DNA of 62,586 nt, counting the filler, from Rhabdomonas costata (taxonomy: Eukaryota): the NCBI GenBank assembly GCA_019059605.1. It is 37 parts of 37 records of this genome, joined end to end, with 100 filler letters (N's around TTAATTAATTAA, not from the genome) between each part and the next. Parts side by side here need not be neighbours in the genome. Positions count along the whole stretch, not along the records: positions 1 to 1,595 come from JAHMHO010012371.1; positions 1,696 to 3,288 come from JAHMHO010012372.1; positions 3,389 to 4,983 come from JAHMHO010012373.1; positions 5,084 to 6,677 come from JAHMHO010012374.1; positions 6,778 to 8,372 come from JAHMHO010012375.1; positions 8,473 to 10,067 come from JAHMHO010012376.1; positions 10,168 to 11,762 come from JAHMHO010012377.1; 30 more parts are not named here. One strand, written 5' to 3'. The notes beneath the pieces were generated by a model, which saw nothing but the letters and a program-made list of their open reading frames with translations, was not told the origin of the DNA and made no database searches. Below, piece after piece: positions 1 through 11,862 of the stretch. Position 1 is the first letter of the stretch. Every line of letters begins with the position of its first letter. Both the position numbers and the translations under genes were made by a program.

Positions 1-1595
1 TTTTTTAGATATTTTGTATAAAATGAATGTGAAAAACGCAAAAAAAAAATTCTCGGCGAAAACAACAGGGCTTGCTTGCACAAATGGGGTGCCAGTGGTT
101 CAGGCGACCGACAAACAAAAAATTACACGTGGATACAAAGGCTGATGTAAATAAAGATTGGTGACAATTTGAGCAATTTGGGTAATTTCTTGTAAGGAAA
201 AGGCCGCCCCTTCGCTTCGGGTGCCTTCACACGGTTTAAGGCAGCTCCACGGCTGGTGGTCGGTGCTGTGAAATCCATATTTATACATCACTTCAGAGTT
301 AATGGCACTCGGTTGGTGAAATATCCTCGGTAGGAAAATCATATCCGGTCAGGTTGCTTGCCGCAACCTATCTGCCGCTTGGGGATTCGGTTGATTTGCT
401 TGCTGTTTCAGAGTGGGGGCATCGCTCTCGCTCCCATCGTCTCCCATCCGTCGACTGCAAAGGGCCCCCGCCCGTCCTCTTTGAGCCTCCCTGCGCGCTC
501 GGTTACTCTGCCTCAGATAGAGGTGAGTGATAGGTCCCCCAGATTCTTTGTGTTCTCCTCTCTTTGCATTTTGGTCCTCCGGTAGCAGCGCCGGTGATAG
601 ATGACCCTCAGACAACAAACAGCTGTTTCATGAAAATCAGTGAGGAGTAGATGAGGAGCGACGCGGTTGCTATTGATGTCCACTGGTGTTTATGAGCCAC
701 TCTCGCCCATTTCTTTTACTGGGAAACTCCGAATCACCCAGCACAATCATTGTATGTCTGTATCTCTCTAGCGAAGCAGCGCAGGACCTGCGTTGTGGGT
801 GGATCTCAAGACATTTCGGGCTTGTGAATATTTTTATCAAGGCCACCTTGGAAATGGCTTGCCGAATCTCATTTCAGGACAGTAATCAATATCAACCTTT
901 TCTTCCTTGACTTTTGATTTTGGAGTGGCGGCATTGCTGGAGGGATATGCAGGATTGCAGAGAAGAGAGATGTGCATTTGGACAGGTTACCTCGCCTTCT
1001 CCGCGCTACTTCCCCAGCCTCGGGAGCAGAGCCTCCCGGAGCAGGCGGAAAATGGGCTTGTCCCTCCCTCAGGCTGGTGTCGTGGATAAAGATCGACACC
1101 CCGAAAATTCTAGCTTCCCGTTGAAACCCATTTTGGTGTAGTACTCTCCTTTTTCTATAGCTTTATTAAATAAAAAACCACTGCACCAGAAGGCGGAGAA
1201 CCACTAGCAATGTTCCTAGACTTTCTATGGGTGGTACTGGACAAACGTCGAACGTCGAGGGCAACTCATTCAGGCACACCAAAAGGAAGCGACTTATTTC
1301 ATCAGACAAGGACCAGTGTAAAGGAAATCAAAAATCACCGCAAAAGACGTGAAGCTTTTCCTGCTGAGCAGGGCGACAACAATCAGAGCACTTTGGTCAA
1401 CTCCAGAACCTAAAGGCGACAGTGAACTAGGTTCTTAAACTTCTTCTTTGCGACAGAATGGACAGAAAACACTTACTCCCACAGAAAGGGGCGTGCCCAA
1501 GGCAGTGTTTAAAGAAAGACGAGCATCCCGCACACAAGCACACGCACACACATACCTTTTACATCACCCTCATGCCTACAAATTCCCACACAACA

Positions 1596-1695
1596 NNNNN
1601 NNNNNNNNNNNNNNNNNNNNNNNNNNNNNNNNNNNNNNNTTAATTAATTAANNNNNNNNNNNNNNNNNNNNNNNNNNNNNNNNNNNNNNNNNNNN
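1596..1695. other. Artificial contig spacer (first of 36)
   Basis: 44 N + TTAATTAATTAA (stops in all six frames) + 44 N recurs about every 1695 nt. It separates 37 contigs of about 1590-1596 nt (1-1595, 1696-3288, 3389-4983 ... 60993-62586). Adjacent contigs are not genomic neighbours. Confidence 0.99.
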
Positions 1696-2158
1696 GGTGG
1701 TTGGTTTCTCCCTCTCTCTCTCTTTCTGCTCCAATGCGCCAATTACGCTGTGCAGCAGATCTTACCAATCTCAGCTTCTATGCCGCTCCCCCTCCCCCTC
1801 TCACACGAGTTTTCCGGCTTGTGGAAAGCGACGCTCACTTTGTTATTGTGGTTGGTCTGAAATCTCTGGTTGCATTTATTGGAATTAACTCCAAAGTTTC
1901 TATTTCCAATCAGCTCCGTCTGACTCCAGGGAGCGTTGCGAGATTCACTTTTGCGGGATTGGTGAGCGACACACTGGGGAAGATCGATGGGAAACATCCT
2001 ACCCACTGCCACATGCACGATACGGGGGAAGTCATTTACCAAGAAGGTACATGTCAGCAAGCACAGTGACACAACAAGGTAATTAATGAACAGAAAACAG
2101 CGGACAAACAGCCGAGACAGCGCAGTTCTTTATGCACGAGTACGCGCCCCTTCCCTCC

Positions 2159-3010
2159 TTAATCATTGGCTTTGAATATGAGGAAAGCAACATCTCCAAT
2201 GAAGAAGTACACGAAGGACTGCAAAAAAAAAAAGAAGACATTGAACAGCACTGGTGTGACACAACGAGGGTCATTGGGGAGGTTGGGGAGGAAATGCATG
2301 CCAAAATCTCCCCGGAGACAATAATCCCAACAGAACTGACGCATGCGCAACTAAGCGGTGTCCGACAATTGCCTCCTTTTGTGATGACAAGGGAATCCGA
2401 CAGCCGCTGCAATTTGGAGAACCGCAGATTAAATTCCTCATGGTTGCCCTGGTTTTGGGTCAGATGCGCAGAGGCACAAATTCCCTGCCAACTTTCAACA
2501 CCAACGTAGTCCAGTCCTGAAGACCACAACACACAACTCTCACCCGGCATACGTGTGTCTCGTACTCGACGTAGGAGCCGAAATGGCGGCCAACGATGAC
2601 GTGCCATTTTGGATCGTACTTGCGATCAAACTGGGGGAAGCAAGCACAACGGAACAGAGCAACGGCCGAAAGTACAGCAGAAGAAACACCAAAGACGGCC
2701 ACGCCAAAGGTCAAAGTAGGGCAGAACAGGGATCAGAAGGGAGGGACACCTCCTTCTTGATAAACTGGGCCATATCCTTCTGCACTTTAAACCTCGACAT
2801 TGCTTCCCATGCGCAGTCCACGGCATCTTGGGTCATATCCTCACTCATGTCAGCCTTACACACACGAGCCTGAAGCAAGAACGAGCGAGCAAGAACATCG
2901 TGTCGTCCCAGTCAGTGCACCACAGCAAGTGCGGTTTCAGTGAAAACACACGAGCAGATTGGGAGCAGCTTCACCTGCTGTGGCGCCTCAGCTTCACCTG
3001 CTGTGGCCAT
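2159..3010 (-). CDS. Dynein light chain, LC8/DYNLL family (4 exons, probably complete)
   Basis: Exons 3010-2975, 2869-2750, 2630-2553 and 2218-2159, joined by phase-0 GT-AG introns. They give [97 protein letters not shown], matching the LC8 motifs ADMSE, IKKEFD, WHxIVGRxFGSYV and FxYF. The first exon is the least certain. Confidence 0.95.
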
Positions 3011-3388
3011 TCCGGAGACCTCCAAAAAGCGTCAGGCAAGCAAGCGCTCCACCAATCCACTCTCACGGAAGCAGTGGAATACAAAACACAAAAACAGTAC
3101 ACCTGAGACACGAAAAGACGATCGCATCCATCCGTGAAAGCAAAGAGCAAAATTCTCCCCAATGCTCGAGCATCTTTAAAAAGCGCCAGAAGTGCTTTTA
3201 ACAGTCACTTGCAGTGGGATCTTCCCAGTTTCAGTTTCATCAAAGATGAAAACAAGCAATCAAACTTATGCAAACGGGAACTAGATGTNNNNNNNNNNNN
3301 NNNNNNNNNNNNNNNNNNNNNNNNNNNNNNNNTTAATTAATTAANNNNNNNNNNNNNNNNNNNNNNNNNNNNNNNNNNNNNNNNNNNN

Positions 3389-3792
3389 GTGGTGGGTGTG
3401 TTTGGTGTGGTGTGTAACGAATTGTACTGGAACCCGCCCTGCGAGACCAGAGAGACCGGAATCTGTACCCAGGTTCCCGCCATTAGGGCTGCCCGAGGCC
3501 ACTGCATAGACTTGGTACGGAGCAGGACCACCACAGAAACGACGCAGGTCGCCGCCCCGAGGAGGTAGTACGCCAAGGAGAGCATGGGGGCTGCGGTTAG
3601 GGCCCAGCGCTGGGCCCACCACGACAGCACTGCGTTGAGCAGCGGCCACAGAAAGCCCCCGGACAGCAGCGCCACAGAGACCTTTTGTCGCCGTACCATG
3701 GAGGTGTCCTCCGGGACGCACACCGCGGTCTCGACCCTGTGCTGGAGGGAGAGCACATGGCGAAGAAAGCACTCCGAAAAAGACTTGGCCAT
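3389..3792 (-). CDS. Multi-pass membrane protein, N-terminal part (3' truncated); possibly the membrane anchor of a receptor-type cyclase
   Basis: GC-rich codon usage. ATG at 3792 lies 27 nt after a polypyrimidine-CAG acceptor. PEDTSMVRRQK is followed by 3-4 hydrophobic segments. The family assignment is inference. Confidence 0.6.
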
Positions 3793-6777
3793 GTCCCCAG
3801 CAAGGGAGATCAGATGGCGCTGTAAGAGACAAAGCCAAAACCGACCGAAGACCCTCTAAGAGGGCCTTGCCTTGCAGTGACAAAAAGGCAGCAGGGAAAC
3901 AATAAAAAAGAGGGGAGGGAGAGTACACACAACAAGGATGCAAACTGTGCGGAGAGGAAAGCGAATGATAAATCTCAAACAATTCTGCATCTCCCTCCCG
4001 TCTTCCCCTGACGGGTCAATGTTGGGACCAAATTATCTGTGGGCCTGTCTCAGCAAATGGCTTTGAGGGTAATAAATAAGCTAATCTCCTTCTTTCCAAC
4101 TGCAACTCACCACACTACCCAGACAGAACCTTCAGTGCAATCTCCATATCAACCCAAACAACAAACGCGCACAACACGACGGACGACGGGATGACAACCT
4201 GAATCGGGATGAAGGACAACGTTCGGAAATCGGCATGTGCCGTTAGCTCGTGTGTGCGCTTCACTCGGAAAGCCAAGCAATTCCGGATAATGACCTAGTT
4301 GACCTGGTTGAAAACGGACGGCCATTCCCCACTGATGGAGTGCACTTGCTCCCCCACCTTTGCTTGCTAACAGCAACACATGCACACGCAGACAATAAGT
4401 AGTACATGCAAGTCACGGGGCAGACGATATGCAAAAAGAGAGCAGAAAACCCAAGAGATGGTTCGCATTTCACATCACCCCTACCCCCACACTGCACCCC
4501 TTCCCTCCCACCATCGTACCCTCGTGGCTCCGTGCAGAAAAATCACGCGAGCGAAGGTGAAAAGAAGGGGACCTGGGAGGAGCAGTCAGCCACAGTAAAA
4601 ACCGACCAGTGCCGTTGACCAGTGCGCACGGTTGAAACCGAAGCGGTACAGCTGATTCTTATCCTCCGCCCTATCCGCCCCCCCACTCCCGTTCCTTCAA
4701 AGGGACCACTTTCAGCTCTTCCCCTTCTCAGCATCTCAGCACTCCTTGTGGGCCATCCTTTCTCTCCTCGTCAACCACAATCCCACTCACACGCACACCC
4801 GCGCAGGTGAAAAGCTTTCCCCTTCATAACCACACCCCTTCTCTTCCCTTCCATTCAGAAGCGAACCCCAAATCCGATCACAAGAAGCCTCCCACATCCA
4901 CCGCCGACATCACTACTGCCCCTCCGTTACCGCGCACACAACCCCCAGATCGCCCCGTTCGTCATGAGGTTGCGGCTGCGCGTNNNNNNNNNNNNNNNNN
5001 NNNNNNNNNNNNNNNNNNNNNNNNNNNTTAATTAATTAANNNNNNNNNNNNNNNNNNNNNNNNNNNNNNNNNNNNNNNNNNNNTTTTGTGTGGTGGTTGT
5101 TCAATTCCATTATGGAAAACGTTGCCTTATCTGGCGTAGGTGGCCGAAAAAAGCGTCGAAAACCACCCCCGGGTGCAGCGCCAATATCCCGCGGGTTGTA
5201 TGGGCTGACCAACGCCCCGAGGAGCAGAGACTTGTAAATCATGACGCGTTTTTGGAATCAGATCAAAGAAACCAAAAAAAGACGGTTCTGAGATATCAAA
5301 CCCGCTGAAAAAAGGGGATGCAACGATTGACTAATAAAGAGGGCAACCCAAAATGGATTCCGGTCGAAGCGCCCAAACGCTCCCGGGCAAGAGCGTCAGA
5401 GCAAAGCACAAGGGGGACAATCGAAATAAACCTTGCAAAAAAAGCGGCCGCGCAAGCACAAACAGGCCGATAAGGCAGCCCAGAAGAGTGATGCCACCGG
5501 CCCCGGGGACCAGGGTGGTGACGCAAAACGGGTTAGCGTCCGGGGGCCAGAGGAGCCCAGAAACAGCGCACTTCGAAACAATGAATTGGGAGCGTGTATC
5601 CACACCACGTTGTTGGACGAACCGGCGCCCAAGGCCACCCACATATATACGACGCAACCCGGGGCGATGCGGATGACTGGCACGTTGTTTTGCTTTACAT
5701 ACATTTGTCGTTGTGAGCCATGAGATGGCCGGAAGATGACTGACGAAAGGCGGTGAACGGACGATTGCCGGTAGAAAACGCGGTTGACGCTCAATGTAGC
5801 CCGTCCTTTGGCACGGAACTCAAATGCCACATTTCAAGAAGCTCGCTCAAGACTTGGCGGGCAACAGTAATCCGGGGTGAAATTAGACAAATGTAGTCAC
5901 ATAAGGTGAAACCAGACAAAGATAGTGGTCATATTAGGACATGGCATAGCGCCATGCGTCACCACGGAGTCTGAAGGCAAACTTCTCTCTAAAGAGTCGC
6001 GCGTAATGATCTACCTCCGCAATGATATTCAGTTATAACAAACAGCGGTGGCGTCCAGATAGCTATGCTGCACTTTGGCTTGGCATTTGAAGAGAAGGTT
6101 ACCATTTCTAAGAGTTCCTAGGAAGAGCTTCGAGTCTGCTGGCAAAGGCCTTGAAGGAACCACACCACAACCACAACGTCATAAGGCGTCAAAAACGGGC
6201 ATTTCCTCTGTTTCAATGAAACACTACAGCACAAACATGTCAATAGAGCCGGGCCAGATTCCGTCGCTGTATTGCTGTATTGAGCAAGAAAATTTCTGTC
6301 CTTGCCAACCACTCCGCTGCCCCTTTGCGCTCCTTACATCTGGTGGTCATCACCATCAACTGTCTCACGCAGCAAGCGAAGCCTGCTCTGCTCCAGAGTC
6401 GGCACACCGCATTGCCGGGTGTAAAACTGATCCAGATACCGAAAACCGACAGAGAGCATCCTTCCGTGGGCACGGTACCTGATGATGTGGCAGTGTGCAG
6501 TCGTCATTCCAAGCTTATACGAACAAAGGGTAGAAGCAAGAGAGAACGTTTGCACACGTACACTCACATGCTCTGTAGACGAAGACAGTGCACGATTTGA
6601 ATCAAAGCAAACTGACAGTGACAAAGGCAGGAAAACACAATGCATATTCAGCAAGGGACCTGGGTGGCTTGCAAGGTNNNNNNNNNNNNNNNNNNNNNNN
6701 NNNNNNNNNNNNNNNNNNNNNTTAATTAATTAANNNNNNNNNNNNNNNNNNNNNNNNNNNNNNNNNNNNNNNNNNNN

Positions 6778-7395
6778 CGGGAAAGAACCTCTTTGCACGG
6801 GGTGACACTGGTGCCGCTCTGGCAGAGCTCCTCCTCCTCTTTCTGTGTGTGCTCCCCAGATTTTAAGACGCCGCACCTTTGTGGTGCATGCCTTTCCTCC
6901 CCTGTGCTTGTTGCGCATGTGCCCGCTTTGGCTTGCCCAGGAAACGGAACTGGGTTTTCATGCTGTCTCTGCTGCTCGCAACGTAGATGTGATTCTGCTG
7001 TCACGGGCCTGACTTTGCCCAGCAAGTGTGCGAATAGTAGTAAGTCTGAATCCTTCATCCTCCCCTCCCTACCATGCACTTCCCTCTTTTTGGTGTGTTT
7101 GTGTGTGCGTGTTTTGTGCGGGGTCGGACTAAAGTCCGGAGTGTGGTTCAAGATCTCAAGGAAACCATGGGCCAAGGGGTAGTGAACGAGGAGGAAGGTT
7201 TGACGCAAACCGGTCTCTAATTGCGCCATTGCAGGTGGATCAGGTGGACCGTTATCCTCCTTCAGGGAAGGGGGAGCCCAGATTTTGGCAGAAAAGTTCT
7301 CATTAGTTTGCCAAATGCACGAATGTGTATGCATTTTTTGCTTGTGTGCATGCATCACAGGAGGTTACACGGCGTTTTATGATTTAGCATTGTGA
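6778..7395 (+). CDS. 3' end of an unknown spliced gene
   Basis: Phase-compatible exons 6778-6810, 7135-7197 and 7361-7395 read GKNLFARGDT-VRSVVQDLKETMGQGVVNEEE-GGYTAFYDLAL*. No family recognised. Confidence 0.35.
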
Positions 7396-8010
7396 TCTGC
7401 CTGTGCCTGTGAGGTGAGCGCCAGCTGCCTTTCGCGTTCGGTCCCTCACCAGTTTTTGTTAGCTTGTGTCTTTGAGTCCGCCCCACCACTCGTCAGCTGC
7501 CACCTGCAGCTATCCATTCAGTTCGCTGTTCGTTTTGATGCTTTGGGCAGCCCACCAGTTCACCCGCCCCCTTGTCCAGGCATCACCATCCGAGACGAAA
7601 ATTCAAGGCAGGAATTTGGTGTCGCTTACCCCCATTCTTAATTTTTTGCTTGTGCTGCAGTTTTTTTCTCCTCTTCTTGCCTGCACCCTCCCAAAGTATT
7701 TCTGAGCCCGCTTCAGCCTCCGTTGTGTGGTTTGTGTCTGCTCCTTTGTGGTTTTGTTGTGCTTTGTTTCCCCACCGGTGTCTTTTTTTCTCCTTCAACA
7801 GCGCTCTGTGTGAGCGGACTTCAAGATTTAATCTTCCCTCCACCTTACGTTCCTTGCAAGTGTTGCTTCACTACTTTTTCTTGGATGCCTAACGTCGGTG
7901 GCGTGCGCAGTTGGCTTTTCTTCCTTTCGCCGTGGTGTTTACGGGGCACCCAATGCCGGGCCGTCGGACGTGTTTGAGGTGACCTGCGTCGGGTAAATGT
8001 TCAACAAGGC

Positions 8011-8371
8011 TTGTTTTTAGTACCCCTTCCATTGTCGAGGTAACTTTTAAGCATGTGACTTATACCATCTGCTTTGTAGTCGGTTGGAACGCAGTAATAT
8101 TTGCAGGTTGCGGCCAGATTGGAGACTGGCCATGTTTTCAGGAAATGTGCAGGAAGCGCCTAAACCACACGTTGAGCTGGCAGCGGCCACCACGCAGCAT
8201 GACGGTGAATAAAAAGGCTAAGTGAGAAATACCCTGAAGGGATGATTCCTGCTTGATTGCCTTCGCAATCGACTCAGAATATCCTCACTGCGTACCAACC
8301 GACTACAAAGCAGATGGTATAAGTCACATGCTTAAAAGTTACCTCGACAATGGAAGGGGTACCAAAAACAA
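8011..8371. repeat. 85-bp inverted repeat at contig end (probable amplification fold-back)
   Basis: 8011-8095 is the reverse complement of 8287-8371 with 2 mismatches. The right arm runs to the contig end. Confidence 0.9.
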
Positions 8372-8480
8372 CNNNNNNNNNNNNNNNNNNNNNNNNNNNN
8401 NNNNNNNNNNNNNNNNTTAATTAATTAANNNNNNNNNNNNNNNNNNNNNNNNNNNNNNNNNNNNNNNNNNNNTTGTTTGT

Positions 8481-8626
8481 GTGAGGTTGAAATGTGAAAA
8501 GGGAAACTTACCCTAAGAACAGAATTATGAGAAGATAAGAAGAGTTTTTCAAACATCTGCACTCACACATCTGCTCTCACAATTCTGTTCTTAGGGTAAG
8601 TTTCCCTTTTCACATTTCAACCTCAC
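8481..8626. repeat. 52-bp inverted repeat at contig start (probable fold-back)
   Basis: 8481-8532 versus 8575-8626, with one mismatch close to the loop. Confidence 0.9.
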
Positions 8627-10167
8627 CCATAACAAAAGGTTCTCCGCTGGTGAACTCGAGATGTCCCCACTCCACCAAAAAAAAAACAAATGGGGCACTT
8701 TCGGGTGAGAAGGGTCCGCTCGTTGGAGATGGTGCGGTTATGCCACCGCCGGTAGCTGTCAAAGATGGGCTCCATGTTGGTATCCCACGAAACAGGAGGA
8801 GCTTGGAAAGCCTTAAACTTCTTGGCCGCCTTGGCCTTTGCTTTCTTTGGCCGAAGTTCGGTAACCGGCGAGGAGGCACCCTGTGGATGACCCTGCGAGG
8901 CCGCACACCCCTCTCCATCGTTCCCCGCAATGCAGACGGGCTCACCGCTCATCACTGCCCACAGATCAGAAAAATCCACACCTAAAGCCCATACACACCA
9001 AGGGTATTTTTTCGGAGAGGAATCGGAAAAATCCCCTGCACACTGTACATAACAATATCGCGGTGGACACTTGTTGGCGAACTCAAGAAGTCAGGTCAGG
9101 TCAATGGAAAACACCCGCAAACCGGTTGTGGACATTTTGTGCACCAGAGACCTAATTTGATTTCTGGCGAGTACAACACTACTTGTATTATGCCTGTTTA
9201 CGTTCACAGTTGTCAGTGATACAGGTGATACAGGGATGATTGACCCAACTAAGCATTCATCAACTGTGTCATTTCGACCTGAATAGAGCACCGATCATTC
9301 ACCATACATACCGTACATGAGAAATACACCTCGTTTTCCAACATGATCAAATATTTTTTTGCCTATGCCACCCATGCCACATGAAAACTCTCGGCACTGA
9401 CTCCACAAGCCCGTCACAGCGGCACGGCTGACGAAGACAGCTGCAGCGATACTCCAATTTTAACGGCAAACAGAGCAAAAACACGCGGCAAGCACGGTAA
9501 AAAAAGGCAAACTTGGGCTCATGTGTGTGTGGGCTCCGTCACGCTGGACAGAAACAGACGCGGGAGGAGTGGCAGGCGCCGGACGAAAAAAAAATCGCCT
9601 GAACAGCTGTACAAGTCGCCGCATATGCCCACATACACACACGCACACGGGGGGTAGGGGGCCGGCAATCCGAGCAATCCCACCACGGCACATCGTATTG
9701 TACGAAAGGTGATGGGTAAAAAGAAAAAATGAGAACCGAATCGCACAGAAAGGCTCACAAACCTCACAAACCAAGCATCCAAGCAAAGCACAACCACCTC
9801 AGACTCTCTCTGTCTCTCTCTCTCTCTCTCTCTCACTTGCTGCATGTCTGCATGTACGCGGGCAGGTCGTGGTCCCGCATGTGGCGCGTGCGTGGCGGAA
9901 CCATCACAGCAAAGTGAGAAACACCCCTGGCGTTGAGTGCACAGCCAAACACAATGCACCACGCTTGGGACCACAAAAGAAACGACAAAGCGAAGAAAGC
10001 AGGCTGCTTTGTGTTGTGAGGGTGGCATCACCATCCAGCCGGACGTCGAAACCCAGGGTGACCAAACNNNNNNNNNNNNNNNNNNNNNNNNNNNNNNNNN
10101 NNNNNNNNNNNTTAATTAATTAANNNNNNNNNNNNNNNNNNNNNNNNNNNNNNNNNNNNNNNNNNNN

Positions 10168-11762
10168 GTGTTTTTGATATGATCCATAAATCCATAATAT
10201 TATTACTATTAAATTGAGTTTGTAATGTTTTATTTTGTTTTATAAAATGTGTATAATGATCTTTAAAAAATTTTATACAATTACACCATTGAATTAATTT
10301 TTCTTTTACAATGTTTACATGATCTGTATTAAATTTAACATTTTCTCCTTTTACTGCACCAGAACTTAATAAATATAATCGAACAGAATCTGCACCGTAT
10401 TCATTAATTACATCCATAGGATCTTTAAAATTATCTAATCGTTTTGACATTTTTTTACCATCTTTTGCCAAAATTAATCCAGCACATAATACATTTTTAT
10501 AAGCTGGTTTATTAAAAAGTGCAGTTGAAATAATCATTTGTGTATAAAACCATCCTCTACATTGATCAATTCCTTCTGCTATAAAATCAGATAAATATTC
10601 TAATGAATTTATTAATTTTTCATTTTCAAATGGATAATGTAATGATGCGATAGGAACACTTCCTGATTCAAACCATGTATCAAGTGTAAATTTAACGTTC
10701 TTTAATATTTTATTATTTTTTATAATCTGTATGTCATATATATTTTCAGGATGTAGATCATATAATGGTTTCTTTAAATCTGCTAAAATAACAAGTTCCT
10801 GTATAGATCCAACACATACAATTTCAGTTTCATCATCAGATACCCAGATAGGAATAGGTGTTCCAAAATATCGAGTTCTTGATATATTCCAATCTCTAGC
10901 TTCTGCTAACCAATTATAAAATCTATGTTTACCGATATGTTCAGGTACCCAATTGACTTTATTATTATTATTTATTAATTTTTGTTTAAATTCGTCATCT
11001 ATTTTTACAAAAAAACCATTTTGTGCTCTGTATATTAATAAGTTATTTGATCTTGGGCAGATTTTACAAGTATGAGAAATTTGTTTTACTTTGAAAATTT
11101 TATCTCCTAAATCATTAATAATATTTTTATTAGCATTAAAAATATGTTGACCATAATAAGACGTTATAATATTTGTATATTTGCCGGAATCATCTATTGG
11201 ATTTAATTCTTTCATAGTTTTTATATTTACTAATTTATTTTTTATACAAACATCAAAATCAATTTCACCATGAAATGGACTTAAATGAACGATACCTGTA
11301 CCATCTTGACCAACAAATGAATCTGTAATTATTTTATATTTTCTATTAAAAAAGTTAAAAACTGCTTCATATTCAGAATCTTTCAAATATTCACCCTTAA
11401 ATGTGTCTATGATTGTATAATTTTCAAGTTCTTTTGTATAATGTGTATTAATGATAAAATAATTATTATTGATTTTTATAAGATTATATAGTTCAGTAGG
11501 ATGAACACATAATGCAATATGTGAAGGTAAAGTCCACGGTGTAGTTGTCCATGCTATAATATATATATTATCTATATGATTAAATAAATTTGTAATAAGT
11601 TTAAATTTAACATAAATTGATTTTTCTGTAATAAGTTGATGTGAATCTTCAAGTTCTGATAATGACAATGTTGTTGTACATTCAGTACAGTATGGCATTA
11701 CACGAAAATTTGAATAAATTAAATCTTTTTTCCACATTTCTTTAAATATCCACCACACAAAC
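10168..11762 (-). CDS. ileS: Isoleucyl-tRNA synthetase, eukaryote/archaeal type (IleRS2), partial at both ends; non-host, probably giant-virus origin
   Basis: One uninterrupted frame spans the whole contig. Motifs: WTTTPWTLP, GTGIVHLSPFHGEID (editing domain), DWNISRTRYFGTPIPIW, LDTWFESGS, EGIDQCRGWFY, KMSKR and YGADSVRLYL. No introns, GC roughly 20-30% by eye, and N/I/K-rich. Confidence 0.97.
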
Positions 11763-11862
11763 NNNNNNNNNNNNNNNNNNNNNNNNNNNNNNNNNNNNNN
11801 NNNNNNTTAATTAATTAANNNNNNNNNNNNNNNNNNNNNNNNNNNNNNNNNNNNNNNNNNNN

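Noticed and set aside
349-1099. Possible minus-strand exons in contig 1
   Set aside because: The reading frame is ambiguous and there is no recognisable homology, so it is not supportable as a feature.
1596-1695. Regularly spaced TTAATTAATTAA as a biological repeat or CRISPR-like array, and ORFs ending in X-runs or LIN
   Set aside because: It is a concatenation linker flanked by Ns, so ORFs crossing it are artefacts.
5084-6677. Possible decayed retroelement or gag-like ORFs (also 19034-19630 and 45300-45657)
   Set aside because: No RT, RNase H, integrase or zinc-knuckle motif could be identified.
8011-8626. Long inverted repeats at contig ends (also 16955-17016 and 23736-23774) as MITEs or structured RNAs
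   Set aside because: All abut contig termini. Mismatches sit next to the loop or in the primer-derived tip while the rest is perfect, which is the pattern of self-primed fold-back during amplification.
10168-11762. IleRS as the host nuclear or an organellar gene, or as using an alternative genetic code
   Set aside because: Composition and lack of introns are unlike every host gene, organelle genomes do not normally encode IleRS, and the frame is fully open in the standard code.
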